DNA of 64,000 nt. It comes from Eledone cirrhosa (Eukaryota). Where the stretch lies: the NCBI GenBank assembly GCA_964016885.1, contig OZ024743.1, positions 325,934,001 to 325,998,000 of the forward strand. Direction: 5' to 3'. Numbering within the stretch: the stretch's first letter is position 1; each line of letters opens with the position of its first letter. Below, one piece after another: positions 31,844-46,986 of the stretch. The position numbers were made by a program, and so were the translations under genes. The notes below the pieces were generated by a model. The model worked only from the letters and a program-made list of their open reading frames with translations. It made no database searches and was not told where the DNA came from.

Positions 31844-31882
31844 TGAACCTGAAGATTGCGAAAGCATGAAAGTACTTGTTCA
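31844..31882 (+). ncRNA. Minimal 39-nt type I hammerhead ribozyme
   Basis: tgaac CTGAAGA t tgc-GAAA-gca t GAAA GTAC TT gttca. Confidence 0.8.
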
Positions 31883-32149
31883 ATTAACACTTAGAATTTA
31901 ATATTCTATCATACTATTTCATTATAATACCATTATATATTTTAAAGGATTGTAAATAAAACGAGTAAATCAGACAAAGTTGGAATTCCTCTTATTAATA
32001 TAATCTTCTATACACAATCATACACACCCGTGTATATTTACCTATCTATATACATATATATATATGTTCCTATTACCCACTCTACTACCCTAAGTATTGA
32101 GTACTTTGGTGCGTTATGGTCCACCTGGTTCCTTACCACATTTCCTTCG

Positions 32150-32190
<41 letters not shown>

Positions 32191-32191
<1 letters not shown>

Positions 32192-32922
32192 TAGACTACC
32201 CGTGACCCGTTGGGTCACCAATAGTTTAAGGTACCCGAAAAAACCGCGTATCTGTGTAAAGAAAGCTAAAATATAAATACTTACTGTACGAACAACTTTC
32301 GAAATCACATTCACTTAAAAATATTTCTAAATAATTAAAATATTCTGTTTAACAAAGGCAAAAATATAAACTTTTACTATAAAAACAACTTGTATTTTTT
32401 AGTCATATTCACTTTAAAATGTTTTTTTAATAATTAAAATATCGTCTGTTTAAAGAAAGCTGAAATATAGACTTAATGTACAAACAACTTGTATTTTTGA
32501 AATCATATTCACTGAGAAATCACTGAAAAGGTTTTTTAATGTATTTTTTAACTCCTATACACTTAAAACTATTTTTTGAATAATGAAAATATTGTCTATG
32601 CCAAACTTGTTTTATTCCGTATTTCGGAGTATTTTCCTGTTATGCAGCGTTTAGGCTATTTATGAAGGTTTGCAGGGTTATGTTACTTTCGGAGTATTTT
32701 CCCATTATGCACCGTTTTGGCTATTTATGGAGGTACCCAGAAAACCCCATATCTCAGGAACCCGAACTCCGATTTACGCTATCTTGTTTTATTCGATTTG
32801 AATTCGCATTTCAGGGTCAACTTGCTTTCAAAGTATTTCCCCATTATGTGCTCTTTTGGCTGTATTACATTACAGACAAACAATCAATCACAGAGTTTTA
32901 GTAGTAGTAGTAGTAGTAGTAG
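32191..32922 (-). mobile_element. Non-autonomous Helitron
   Basis: Minus-strand 3' end has hairpin gtgaccc-aac-gggtcac followed by gggtagtCTAG|T; 5' end lies in (TAC)n/ctaaaactc; internal degenerate AT-rich repeats. Confidence 0.65.
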
Positions 32923-32933
32923 TATATATATAT

Positions 32934-33450
32934 AAAAGAAAATTTTCGCTCTACATGGTTGAATACAATAAATGTAATCTGAGTTTTTCGAATATTAATA
33001 ATAACATTCGATTCGTTTGTAATTATGCAAACAAGCCTCAACTTTATAGCCATGTCAGTAGAATGAACCCTTCATTCTTGCTCTTGTGCTGGTATGTGAA
33101 CAGAACTGCAGACACTAATGTTTCTGGATATCACCCTTCATCAGTACAGCTCACTGTTCACCTGCCTAACCGTCAGAACTAGTGAAAATATATGCTATTT
33201 TCAAAAATACACAGGGACTGATCGGCCTGATTTGCATATTAGCAGACTGGTTGATCAGTCAGATTTGCATATCAGCAGACTGGCCAATCAGTTTCCTGTA
33301 TACGAGCGATAAGTGGCCGGCTTTGCCAAATTCAACACAAGAGCAAGAATGAAGGGTTCATTCTACTGACATGGCTATAAAATTAAAGCTTGTTTGCATA
33401 ATTGCAAACGAATCGAATGTTATTATTAATATTCGAAAAACTCAGATTAC

Positions 33451-33454
<4 letters not shown>
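32934..33454. mobile_element. Fold-back hammerhead element; arm fragment also at ~20868-20955
   Basis: 32969-33089 inverted to 33336-33454; ~35-nt tail; TA flanks. Confidence 0.85.
33106..33149 (-). ncRNA. Type I hammerhead ribozyme
   Basis: ctgta CTGATGA agggtgatatcca GAAACA-ttag-TGTC tgcag. Confidence 0.85.
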
Positions 33455-33531
<77 letters not shown>

Positions 33532-33620
33532 ATATCATATATCTATATACATATATATATTATATATATTATATATATATATATATCATATATCTATATA
33601 CATATATATATTATGTATAT

Positions 33621-33653
<33 letters not shown>

Positions 33654-33711
33654 ATATTTGTGTGTGTGTATATATTATATATGTATATTATTTATAATAT
33701 AATACCTAATA

Positions 33712-33900
33712 TAGGCGGTGGATTGGCAGTATCGGTAGAGGGTCGGACGCCATGCTTTCCAGCATAGTTACGTCCCTTTACGATCTGAGTTCAAATCCCG
33801 CCGAGGTTGACTTTGCCTTTCATCCTTACGGGGTCGATAAAATAAAGTACCAGTAATGCACTGGGTAATTGCTGGCCTTGTGCCTAAAGTAGAAACAATT
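33712..33900 (+). mobile_element. tRNA-derived SINE family A (Meta-domain-like). Other copies ~933-1117(-), 8135-8275(+), 11085-11240(-), 11272-11482(-), 11773-11960(-), 29920-30065(-), 39160-39280(+), 58230-58355(-), 59019-59230(+)
   Basis: A-box ggattggcagtatcgg, B-box gagttcaaatccc, conserved gcctttcatccttacggggtcgataaaataaagtaccag. Confidence 0.85.
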
Positions 33901-34292
33901 ATTTATAATATAATATATATATAATATTTACACACATATATATATATATGTAAATATATATACATACATCCATACATACAAACATACATACCTACATACA
34001 TACATACATACATACATACATACATACATACATACATACATGCGTGACTGTTTACTTTCCATCATTAGTCTTTCGATTGATCTCAACTATTGTGCCTGTG
34101 TCAATGCTAACTCTGCAGTCATTAGGTGCATTCGTGTTTTTCTCTATACCTCCACTGTTTTTTGCTTGCTATACAAATACATACACACAGACATATGGAC
34201 ATATGTATATATGTATGTGTGTATGTATGTATGTACGTATGTATATGTGTGTATATACACTCATATAATATACATACATACGCATACGCATG

Positions 34293-34384
<92 letters not shown>

Positions 34385-34551
34385 TTTGTCTCTGCTTTTC
34401 AGTCCCATGGATTTTGTCTATTATATTCCTTTGTTAAATTTCGAATACCTGATGATGTCACCGGTTTCATACTGAACGCGGTCACTGATATGATCATAGT
34501 ATAATAAACCTTTTAAGGAATTACACCAGTCCTGCCTCCTATTATTTTATA

Positions 34552-34631
<80 letters not shown>

Positions 34632-35284
34632 GGTAAATTTCTTTGTCGTTTGGAAGCCTCGACAATGCAGATGGGTAAATCTCCGGGTAACAAGATCCGG
34701 TGGTGGAGAGAGAGATGTAAGTGGGTGTACGTTGAGATGCGTGGCGTGTATAAGACGTGTAGAGGAATGAAGGAAAGTGCGAAGGATAAAAATAAAAATA
34801 ACAACACGAGAGAGAGTTACCTTGGGAGAGATTTAATTGTCCCTATATATTTCGTATTCACATCCAACAACTGGGGTTTTTTCCGGGGGAGGGGGGAGGT
34901 TGTCTGTCGGAAAGGTGCGAAACGTGTCCGCTGTTCGTTGTTTTACGTTTCGCACCTTTCCGACAGACAACCTCCCCCCCCCCCCCCCGGAAAAAAACCG
35001 AGTTGATGGATGTGAATCCGAAATATATAGGGACAATTAAATCTCTCCCAAGGTAACTCTCTCTCGTGTTGTTATTTTTATTTTTATCCTTTACGCTCTT
35101 TCCTTCGTTCCTCTACACGTCTTATTAACGCCACGCATCTCAACGTACACCCATTTACATCTCTCTCTCCACCACCGGATCTTGTTACCCGGAGATTTAC
35201 CCATCTGCATTGTCGAGGCTTCCAAACGACTTAAAGAAATTTACCTTATTATTCCACAATGCTTCAAGAAAACTTCAATACTCT

Positions 35285-35290
<6 letters not shown>
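34632..35290. mobile_element. Near-perfect ~615-bp palindromic element with tail
   Basis: 34632-34925 inverted to 34945-35246; ~20-nt spacer; ~43-nt tail; (TA)n flanks. Confidence 0.85.
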
Positions 35291-35320
<30 letters not shown>

Positions 35321-36504
35321 GTTATGCAAGAAATGCTTAGGATTATCCTGAATGCAGTAATGGTTAATTACTACACTAGATAGAGTCGACGTACGGTGAG
35401 GGGTTACTCAACGAGTTATAAAAGAACAGTTAAAGAAACTTGGTTTCCGATTCTTCTATATTCCGGCGTGTAGATAAAGAATGATTAATAAAACAGGTAG
35501 ACATCATAAAAAGGTAATTTATTCCAAGTGTTTACAAATGTTTCCTTAGTAGTTACACAGCCTAGTCATGCTATATGCAAATTGGTAGTTATTAATTTGC
35601 AGATACTCAATTTTCAAATGCTTTTCGTACCACCAATTCTTCAGAACTGAGTTCTGAAGAATTGGTGGTACGAACAACAGATCAACCTCAAATCACACAC
35701 GACAGTTTTGATGTCGTCTTAGATACACTGGTGCCTGAAAAGAAAGTAAAAATGGCCATGAGTGAAGTGCCTTTTATCATAGTCATAGGTCCCCCCTGGA
35801 TTAGAGCGAAACAACAACGATTTTGCCACCGACTGCTCTCCTACGAAAAGCAATATTATTATTGCGTAACTGCCTACATTCTTGCATAAGTGACAGGTAA
35901 AAGGTAAAAGGATAATCGGGCCCCCAGAGGCAAAAATCGATATTTTCAGAATTCATCCGATTTCAATGAAATTTGTTATTACCACATAGATCCACAATAA
36001 TAGATCCATTAGGAGTTACTCCAAGGCTGCAAAAATTCAGAAAGTTTTTTTAAACTCATAAATCATGCGTTAAATGAGACCTTTAAGAGTTAGGGCAGAC
36101 AATTATTCATAGTTTAATTATCAATGGCGCAATATCTTCTACCCTGGGGCCAATTCTCCGTGCAGAGCCTTAAAGCATCCCTTCCCGCACGCCGTTATCT
36201 ATCAGCTTCATTGAGCATCACCATCCGGCAACCGAAAAACGCCATTCTTCTTGCTTCCATTTGTCGCGACTCCCGCCATGCAAAAAAACGTTCAATCTAT
36301 CAGGATTATCCACAATAAGTCTCTTTAAATTAACGCTCACCATATTCAGCAAACCTTTTATGCCGATTCTTCCATTTCGTATATAAGGACTATCAAGACT
36401 ATACCGCCGCACATCATCCTGTCTTGCGCCCAGTCTTCTCAAGCGATCATCGAGCCTCCATGCGCTCTCTTCATTCCCGTGGTCCCACTACCGTAGTATA
36501 ATGA

Positions 36505-37485
36505 GGCATCCGTCAACCCCTGCCCTCTCCCTTCTCTGCATGCCGTCGACCCACTGCATCGTTGTGCATCACCATGCGCATCTCTGCCCTGTCAGCCGCA
36601 ATTCATTCCCCGGCCCTTTCCATTGCCTTCCCTCCGTGGTCCCTAAGGACTGCCACGGCTCAACATGCCGAATCCCTGCCACCGTCCACCCCTGCCCATT
36701 TCCATTGCCTACACTCCGTGAGAGCTCAAGACTTCCATGCCTGACCAAGCCCCATCCCCGCCATCGTCTACCCCTGCCCTCTCCCTTCCCTGCACGCCGT
36801 CGTCCCACTGCACCGTCATGCCTCACCATGCCGCATTACTGCCATGTCGGCCACCATCCCCTCCTCAGCCCTTTCTTTTTCCTGCCCGCCGTGCTCCTGC
36901 CTTGCACCCGGTTTTCTCAAACAATCATCGTGCCTCCCGGTGTTCTCTACATTCCCGAGGTGCAACTCAATTGGCATGCCGCATCCACGCCCTGTCAGCC
37001 GCCATGCACCCTGCCCTTTCGTCATGCCTCATCATGTTTCATCCCTGCCCTGTCAGCCGCCATCCACTCCCCGACCCTTTCCACTGCCTAGGCATGGCAG
37101 TCTTGAGGGACCAAGTCGCATCCATGCCACCGTCAACCTGTGCCCTCTCCGTTCCCTGCACGCCGTCGTCCACTGCATCGTCATGCATCACCATGCCGCG
37201 TCAATGCTCTGTCAGCCGCCATCCCCTCCTCGGCCCTTTCTTTTACCTGCCCGCAGTGCTTCTTCAAGACTGCCATGGCTCACCATGCGGCATCCTTGCC
37301 ACCGTCCACCCCTGCCCTCTTTCTTGCCTGTTGGCCGTCGTCCCACTGCATCGTCATGCCTCAGGATTCCGCATCCATGCACTGTCAGCCACCATCTCCT
37401 CCTCGGCCCTTTCTTTTGCCTGACCGCCGTGCTCCTTCAAGACTCCCATGGCTATCTATGCTGCACCAATTCCTTGCCACCCGCT
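36505..37485. repeat. GC-rich degenerate tandem repeat (~170-bp unit and sub-units)
   Basis: Recurring ccgtcgtcccactgcatcgtcatgc, gtcagccgccatcccctcctcggccctttc and ccacccctgccctct. Confidence 0.75.
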
Positions 37486-39289
37486 TAAACGTCATCAGCA
37501 TGGCTTATTGTTTCCCTATTTGACCACCGATTTTTGCAGGCTAAACACAATACCAACGTGCACGATAGTCCATGGTAAATCTTTTTAATTACATGTTCAT
37601 CATGCTAAGCAAAGGATGAATAGCAACTCTTTCATTTCTCTTGACATGCCTTTCTGTCAATTATGGCCGAGAAGCATCCTGTGTAGCATCGCGTCTTCTC
37701 AAGCGATCAGCGTGCCTTTCACTGTCCTCACAATTGACTCACAACGCCGCATCTATTCCCTGCGACGCCCCTAAACATCATCAGATGGCTTATTTTTCTG
37801 CCGCTTTTAACTGGCCCTCATTCTAGGCCATAAACAACAAAACCGCACGATGATGCTGCGTAAGTCTATTTAAATTAATGGTCAACATGTTCAGCAAAAC
37901 AATTGTACCAATTCTTCCTCTTCACCTCCAAGGCCTATCCATTACATCTTAGAGGTCGGGATTCGTAATTTCTACGATTTCAATATTGACACAACAGTCC
38001 GTCAGGTTTTTCGGCACATCTTGCTCCGATAGGAATATCAACCTGATTTTCACTTAATTCGTAAGTGTTCAGTCTTCCGTATGCTTTTATTTGTTATTGA
38101 TACAACACCGACTACAATCATCTAACTTCACTTTGTAGGCTAGATGTGAATCACAAGGAAAACAATCCTCTGATATACAACCCCACGAAATTCTTTGGTC
38201 TACCTAGATTTCAATGGATATATCCTTTGCTTTTGTACGGTTGTACATTTGACAATGTCGCAAAACATTATTCCACTTGATTCCAACCTTTCAGCTATGA
38301 ATTGGGCAGTGCCTTAAAATCCCGGTTTATTTGCGTGTAATTTTTTGGTATCTTATGAATGAAGAATCGAAAATCCTTTTTCTCATAACCTGATACATGC
38401 GTTACACATGCTCCATGGATGTTTGTGGACTATTTTTTCAAAATACCAATATCACAGATTGGAGCACAAAAAGAAACGTTTGTTCTTCATTTATTTCGGT
38501 TAAAGCATCCTGCTGGAATTTAGCGCAGACCCGTTTAAATCCAGCGCCTTATAACTCCGAGTGTAACCGGGTACACCAACTAGAAAGACAAATGGAAACA
38601 TTGTTTCCTCGGTCCGATTTGACGAAAGTCGATTTAGTTCCACAACAAATTAACAAACCATACTTGAAGACACGTTGAGGCTGTTGCAAAGGGCAATAAC
38701 CCTAGACACAATTTTGATCAACTTTTTTTCACTTATAGCCAATTTACTGGGACAGGTTTTTAGCTACTCAAATCTACTTCAGAGGTCACGCATTCATGTA
38801 AAAAATCAATAAAACTGAAGCGGGGGTTCGACTTTGCGCAAAAAACAAGGCAAAGTTGCACATGGGAAAACCTTTTACAGGAACGTCCGATTTTCTTGAA
38901 AACTGTCGCAAAAGACTGGCCATTATGCCGCAGTTCAGATAAAGTCCCTTTTATTTCTTCTTCTGCACATGTGAAGGCGAAAATAGTAATAAAAAAAAAA
39001 ACTGTGAAAAAAATCGACTTTTTCACCCTGCTTTAAAAATCAACTGAAAATTCAATTTTAAGTGAATTTGACTTCCGTCAGTCGTGCAAAGAACAATTTC
39101 AACGATACACTGTGTACCTACAATTGATCCATTGACGCATAGAGTTACGGCCATTGCAATTCTGAGTTCAAATCCCGCCGAGGTTAACTTTGCCTTTCAT
39201 CCTTACGGGGTCGATAAAATAAAGTACCAGTAATACACTGGATAATTGATGGCCTTGTGCCAAAAGTAGAAACAATTATTTATGCTCAA

Positions 39290-39437
39290 TTACACACCTG
39301 CGTCTACTAACCTCTGTTTTCTTTCCTTGAGGTTCGAAGGTTTTTGCACCTGTGATGCGCGGGAATTAACTTTCCCACATTTTAACAACAGAGCAAAGGT
39401 CGACTTACACCCGGGCAATGCCGGGTACTTCTGCTAG
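39290..39437 (+). mobile_element. Helitron 3' terminus
   Basis: Hairpin cccgg-gcaatg-ccggg followed by tacttctgCTAG|T. Confidence 0.6.
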
Positions 39438-39639
39438 TATGTTTATATATGTATATATGTTTATATATATCGAAATAAGAGGCATATATCATAAGTATAG
39501 AGGAGACGGATCTATGATATAATATATTAGATGCAAAGCATGCACAATGCTTAGAGATGTGATGTTAAATATTATAGTGGAGTTAATATTTAAGGAGTGT
39601 TAAGTGCAGAAGATAAGCAGAGCGGGTATAATCAGAAAT

Positions 39640-41294
<1,655 letters not shown>

Positions 41295-41504
41295 AGTATG
41301 TATGTATGTATACGTACATACATATATGTATACAGACGTACAGTAGTATGTATACATATATGCACACACATATATATGTACGTATCGGTTTACCGAACAG
41401 TTATTATAATGCTCGGTTTGTTTGTAAACAAACAAACAGCCGGAATTACGCCGTACAGTGTTTAGGCAACCACCTCACCTTTTTGTTCAACACTGACACA
41501 GGAA

Positions 41505-41547
41505 GAAATGTACTAGTTTCAAGCTTATTAGCTATCGTCAGCATCGT
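41505..41547 (-). ncRNA. Type I hammerhead ribozyme (family X, stem I partly decayed)
   Basis: acgatg CTGACGA tagctaataagctt GAAACTAGTA cattt. Confidence 0.75.
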
Positions 41548-41868
41548 ATACCTTCCTGTCAGATGGTTGAACGTCTGAAAGTATATACTTTCCTTATGCA
41601 TATTAACGGCTGAGCAGCCTAATTTGCATATCGAGTGAGTTTAGTAGGACGATAAATGGAATAGAATGAAACGAAATTTCATTTCTCCATCTTAGTACGG
41701 CAGTTACTTAAATGTAAGTATGTATGTATACGTACATACATATATGTATACATACGTACAGTAGTATGTATATATATTTATACACACTGCAAATTAGGCT
41801 GCTCAGCCGTTAATATGCATAAGGAAAGTATATACTTTCAGACGTTCAACCATCTGACAGGAAGGTAT

Positions 41869-41911
41869 ACGATGCTGACGATGGCTCATAAGCTTGAAAC
41901 TAGTACATCGT
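41869..41911 (+). ncRNA. Type I hammerhead ribozyme (family X)
   Basis: acgatg CTGACGA tggctcataagctt GAAACTAGTA catcgt; perfect stem I. Confidence 0.9.
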
Positions 41912-42102
41912 TCCTGTGTCAGTGTTGAACAAAAAGGTGACGTGGTTGCCTAAACATTGTACGGCGTAATTCGGGCTGTTTGTTTGTTTACAAACAAACA
42001 AACCGAGCATTATAATAAATGTTCGGTAAACCGATACGTGCATATTTATATGTGTGCATACATACATACATACATACATACATACATACATACATACATA
42101 CA

Positions 42103-42133
<31 letters not shown>

Positions 42134-42214
42134 GTATGTACGTATACATACATACATACTTACATTTACGTAAGTGCCATACTAAGAGTGAGAAATGAAA
42201 TTTCGTTTCATTCT

Positions 42215-42264
<50 letters not shown>

Positions 42265-42308
42265 CATATATATTCCTACATACACAAACACGTATACACA
42301 CACACGTG

Positions 42309-42389
<81 letters not shown>

Positions 42390-42527
42390 ACACACAATGC
42401 ACGCATACACAAACACAAACACGCAGAGACACACACACATGCGCAGAGACAGAGACAAGAAGAAATAAATTAATTAATTAAATAAAAATGGCGTAGATAT
42501 TACAATACAATGGGAGGAAACGTAATA

Positions 42528-42573
42528 GTACCACTGATGATGTCACAGATGTGCGACGAAAAAACTTTGATAC
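42528..42573 (+). ncRNA. Possible degenerate hammerhead
   Basis: gtacca CTGATGA t gtc..gac GAAA aaactt tgatac. Confidence 0.4.
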
Positions 42574-42803
42574 ACTTTACGTATATATTTATATCTGTAT
42601 TTTTAACCGCTGGTCAAACAATAATAAACATTGATTGCCAAATAAATTAACTATGGAGATGTAAAAGATACAGAAGCGCAAACCAACCCAAGCAGTGAGT
42701 GTGTTCTGTTATTATTTCTGGCAATATTATAACAATATGACCCTCCCCAAATATAACAATATATATATATATATATATAACAATATATATATATATATTA
42801 TAT

Positions 42804-43586
<783 letters not shown>

Positions 43587-43734
43587 ATATATTTATATAT
43601 ATTAAAGATTCAATGAGTATATCAAAGAATGAGTTTTACAGTAGATTGGAAGCACTCTATGGAAAATAATTTTCCACAGTTATTAATATTAAAATACAAA
43701 TATTAATAAAATAGATGTTCTTTTGGTCAATTAA

Positions 43735-43787
43735 ATTTTATTATACATATTTCAGAGGTACAACAGTACGTCCTCATCAGACAAAAT
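43735..43787 (-). ncRNA. Type I hammerhead ribozyme
   Basis: attttgt CTGATGA ggac gtac-tgtt-gtac ctct GAAA tatgt ATA ataaaat. Confidence 0.65.
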
Positions 43788-44843
43788 ATAATGATACATG
43801 ACATACCCTGAGATGTTAAATGGTTAAGATTTAATCAAGGTAGTGATTAACCCAAGAGAAAACTCAACATTTATACCTTAATAATGAGAAAATGCGAAAA
43901 CGTAATAAATTCAATAGAGGGTGTATGAGTAAGAAACACGTTGCTTAATGTGACAGTTATAGAGATTTTAAAATGTGGGATACTACAAATTGAGATTATC
44001 TAGGAAAACGTCTCTTGAATTATAAAGGCAACTGATAGAAGATTTAAAGAGAGGGAGAGATATATGCAGAAAAAAAAATATATATATATATATATATTTC
44101 TGCTTTCACCATGATGCGGCATCTTCTGAAATTGAGAGATTTCGAAAAAATTACGCGTAAATATTGCTTTTAAAAAATTGAAAGACATAACTGTAACACA
44201 TGAATACGTCCATTTGAGTTACGGCTATTTGTATGCAAAGAGAGTAAAAGAGATTTAATTACATCATTTAGCGAAGCAGGAAGAACAAATTTGTGCTATG
44301 AAAAATATCAAGAGGCTAATTTGGTTATTTTAAATTAGCCGAATATTTTCCTGCATATTAATAGTTACCTTCTTGATACTCTTCGTCTGAGCGAAGTCGC
44401 TTGGCTCTAGGTTTATAATTCATTTTATCTCACCTTCCTTCGTCTTCGTCTTCACAGTCCGATAACTCTTCATCCATCATGAACCTCTTGTCACTGGCCC
44501 TGACAGTTGTCAGGGTTTCATTTAGGGACACATAGACATACAAATGGAGCGGCACAATACAATACAAAAGCAACGACGTTTACAGATAAATATAAACACT
44601 TTAAACCTTTCGTTCTCATATTTCTAATGAAAGACATTATCTATGGTTTTGAAATAATTTTGAAAATAATCCAGAATTTGGAGGTAGTTAGAACAATGGT
44701 TCTTACATAAAGTCATGATGGAAGGTTTTTAGATAAATAGAAACACTTTAATATTAAGTTTTGTATCAAACAACCAGAAATGTTTAGAACATAACAATGG
44801 TTCTTATTAAGATAGAGGAGTTTTAGATGAATATATATCAATG

Positions 44844-44875
<32 letters not shown>

Positions 44876-44920
44876 CGCGTGTGTATATATATATATGTGT
44901 GTGTGTATGTGTGTGTGTGT

Positions 44921-44970
<50 letters not shown>

Positions 44971-45159
44971 AGTATTTCTGTAGAAAAGTTAAAGGAAAGA
45001 AGAGTGCTCAATGTATAGTACAGAGCTATTTAATTACATAATAAACAGGCGATCCTTACAGAAACGCCCAGCCCGTACATATGAACGGGCTGGGCGTTTC
45101 TGTAAGGATAGTTTAGTTTCTTGAAACCTTTGGTAATGGAATAATTATATTGTGTTGTT

Positions 45160-45199
<40 letters not shown>

Positions 45200-45201
<2 letters not shown>

Positions 45202-45485
45202 TGCTGGTGCCACTACAGAAGTACCCAGTCCACCCTGTAAGGTAGTAATGCAGGTGCCACAACAAAAAGCATCCAGTCAACCATGTAAAGTGGTCAAGCT
45301 GGAGTCACGATAAAATCCTCCCAGTTCACCCTGTAAATGGGTTGGTGTTAGGAAGGGCATCTGCCCATAGAAACCAAGACAAAACAGAGCGTATGAACAG
45401 GACTTAGTCAACTGACCAGTCACGCCTCAGCCTGACACAGCCGTCTAATCTATGAAAGCATGGACATTAGACATTAAACAGTTAT
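45200..45485 (+). mobile_element. Dispersed retro-repeat with short internal tandem units
   Basis: Three gtgcca..aaag..ccagt..accctgtaa units followed by ggttggtgttaggaagggcatc..tagaaacc. Confidence 0.5.
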
Positions 45486-45502
45486 GCTATATACATATAT
45501 AT

Positions 45503-45603
<101 letters not shown>

Positions 45604-45838
45604 GGAACGATCGACTTTCGTCAAATCGGACCGAGTGAACAATGTTTCCGTTGGTCTTTCCAATTGCTAATACTATCTATCGGTCGCAACTCCAGGTAGA
45701 AGGAGCAACGTGAAATAAAGTGTCTTGCTCAAGGACATAACGCATCGCCTGGTCCAGGAATCGAACTCACAACCTTACGATTGCGAATCCAATTCTCTAA
45801 CCACTCAGCCACACGCCTTCATATATATATATATATAT

Positions 45839-45889
<51 letters not shown>

Positions 45890-46010
45890 CACAGACATAT
45901 ATATATAAACATATATACACATATATATACATATGCACACATATATATATTATACATACACATATATACTTACACACACATATATATTATACACACATAT
46001 ATATATATAT

Positions 46011-46162
46011 CCGTAAGTGATTGACGACTGAGAGAAAAGAGTACTCAATACCAAAGTAGAGTTTTAATATTCATTTTATCAAGGTTTATCAAGGTTAACT
46101 ATGGAGTTTCGCCTGTTTATTCTATATTAAAAAGGCGAAACTCCAGAGTAACAAGACTCACT
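46011..46162. mobile_element. Mini fold-back element retaining the 3' half of a hammerhead
   Basis: ggagtttcgcc...ggcGAAActc-ca-gagTA hairpin; tail with GTACTCAATAC; TA-flanked. Confidence 0.55.
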
Positions 46163-46332
46163 ATTTATATATACATGTATAGATACACACACACACACAC
46201 ACACACGTATATATATAACAAAGGAATTGTGGTAAGGAACCAGATGGACCATAACGCACCAGAGTACTCAATACTTAGGGTAGTACAGTGGGAAATAGGA
46301 AAAAGTATTACCCCGACGGGGTCATACTTTTT

Positions 46333-46388
<56 letters not shown>

Positions 46389-46454
46389 AATATATATATA
46401 TATATAAATATATATTTATACAAATATATATATATATATATATATACAAATATA

Positions 46455-46558
<104 letters not shown>

Positions 46559-46559
46559 C

Positions 46560-46601
<42 letters not shown>

Positions 46602-46603
<2 letters not shown>

Positions 46604-46790
46604 CGAAATATATATATATAACGAAATTCACGGGGTATTAAAAAAATTCGTTGTAACGAAAAATTCTTTAGATCGAGATTGACCGAAACAAATCGTGCGT
46701 TTGTTTGTATTACCTCGGGGATTTAAAAAAAATCTCGTTATACTGAAAAATTCGTTATAATGGAATTCGTTATAACGGAATTTTACCTGT
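46602..46790. mobile_element. pogo/Tigger-like MITE end
   Basis: Repeated ttcgttataac subterminal motifs ending ...ggaattttacctgt. Confidence 0.5.
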
Positions 46791-46986
46791 GTATACATAC
46801 ATACCTATACGCTATGTTCATATATTGCAGATGTCAACAGAAACGAGGAGCTGGCTGGAATCTGAAACTACGATGACAAATAAAGAACTGAATACTATAT
46901 AGAATTCCGAAGAAAAAATATATATACACATACATATATATATATTTACGCCTGGTTAAACGTTTAAACGGAGAGCGAAACCCGCC

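Larger units (their letters stand above)
41291..42220. mobile_element. Family X, locus 3
   Basis: Unit plus partial tandem to ~41787, inverted arm ~41788-42220; (TA)n on both sides. Confidence 0.85.

Noticed and set aside
34445-34505. CTGATGA with a hairpin (also CTGACGA at ~14548 and minus-strand CTGATGA at ~2353)
   Set aside because: No GAAA in register; at best decayed remnants.
36501-37523. Overlapping 127-228 aa Pro/Cys/His-rich ORFs
   Set aside because: Open in several frames because of a GC-rich repeat; no splice or domain evidence.
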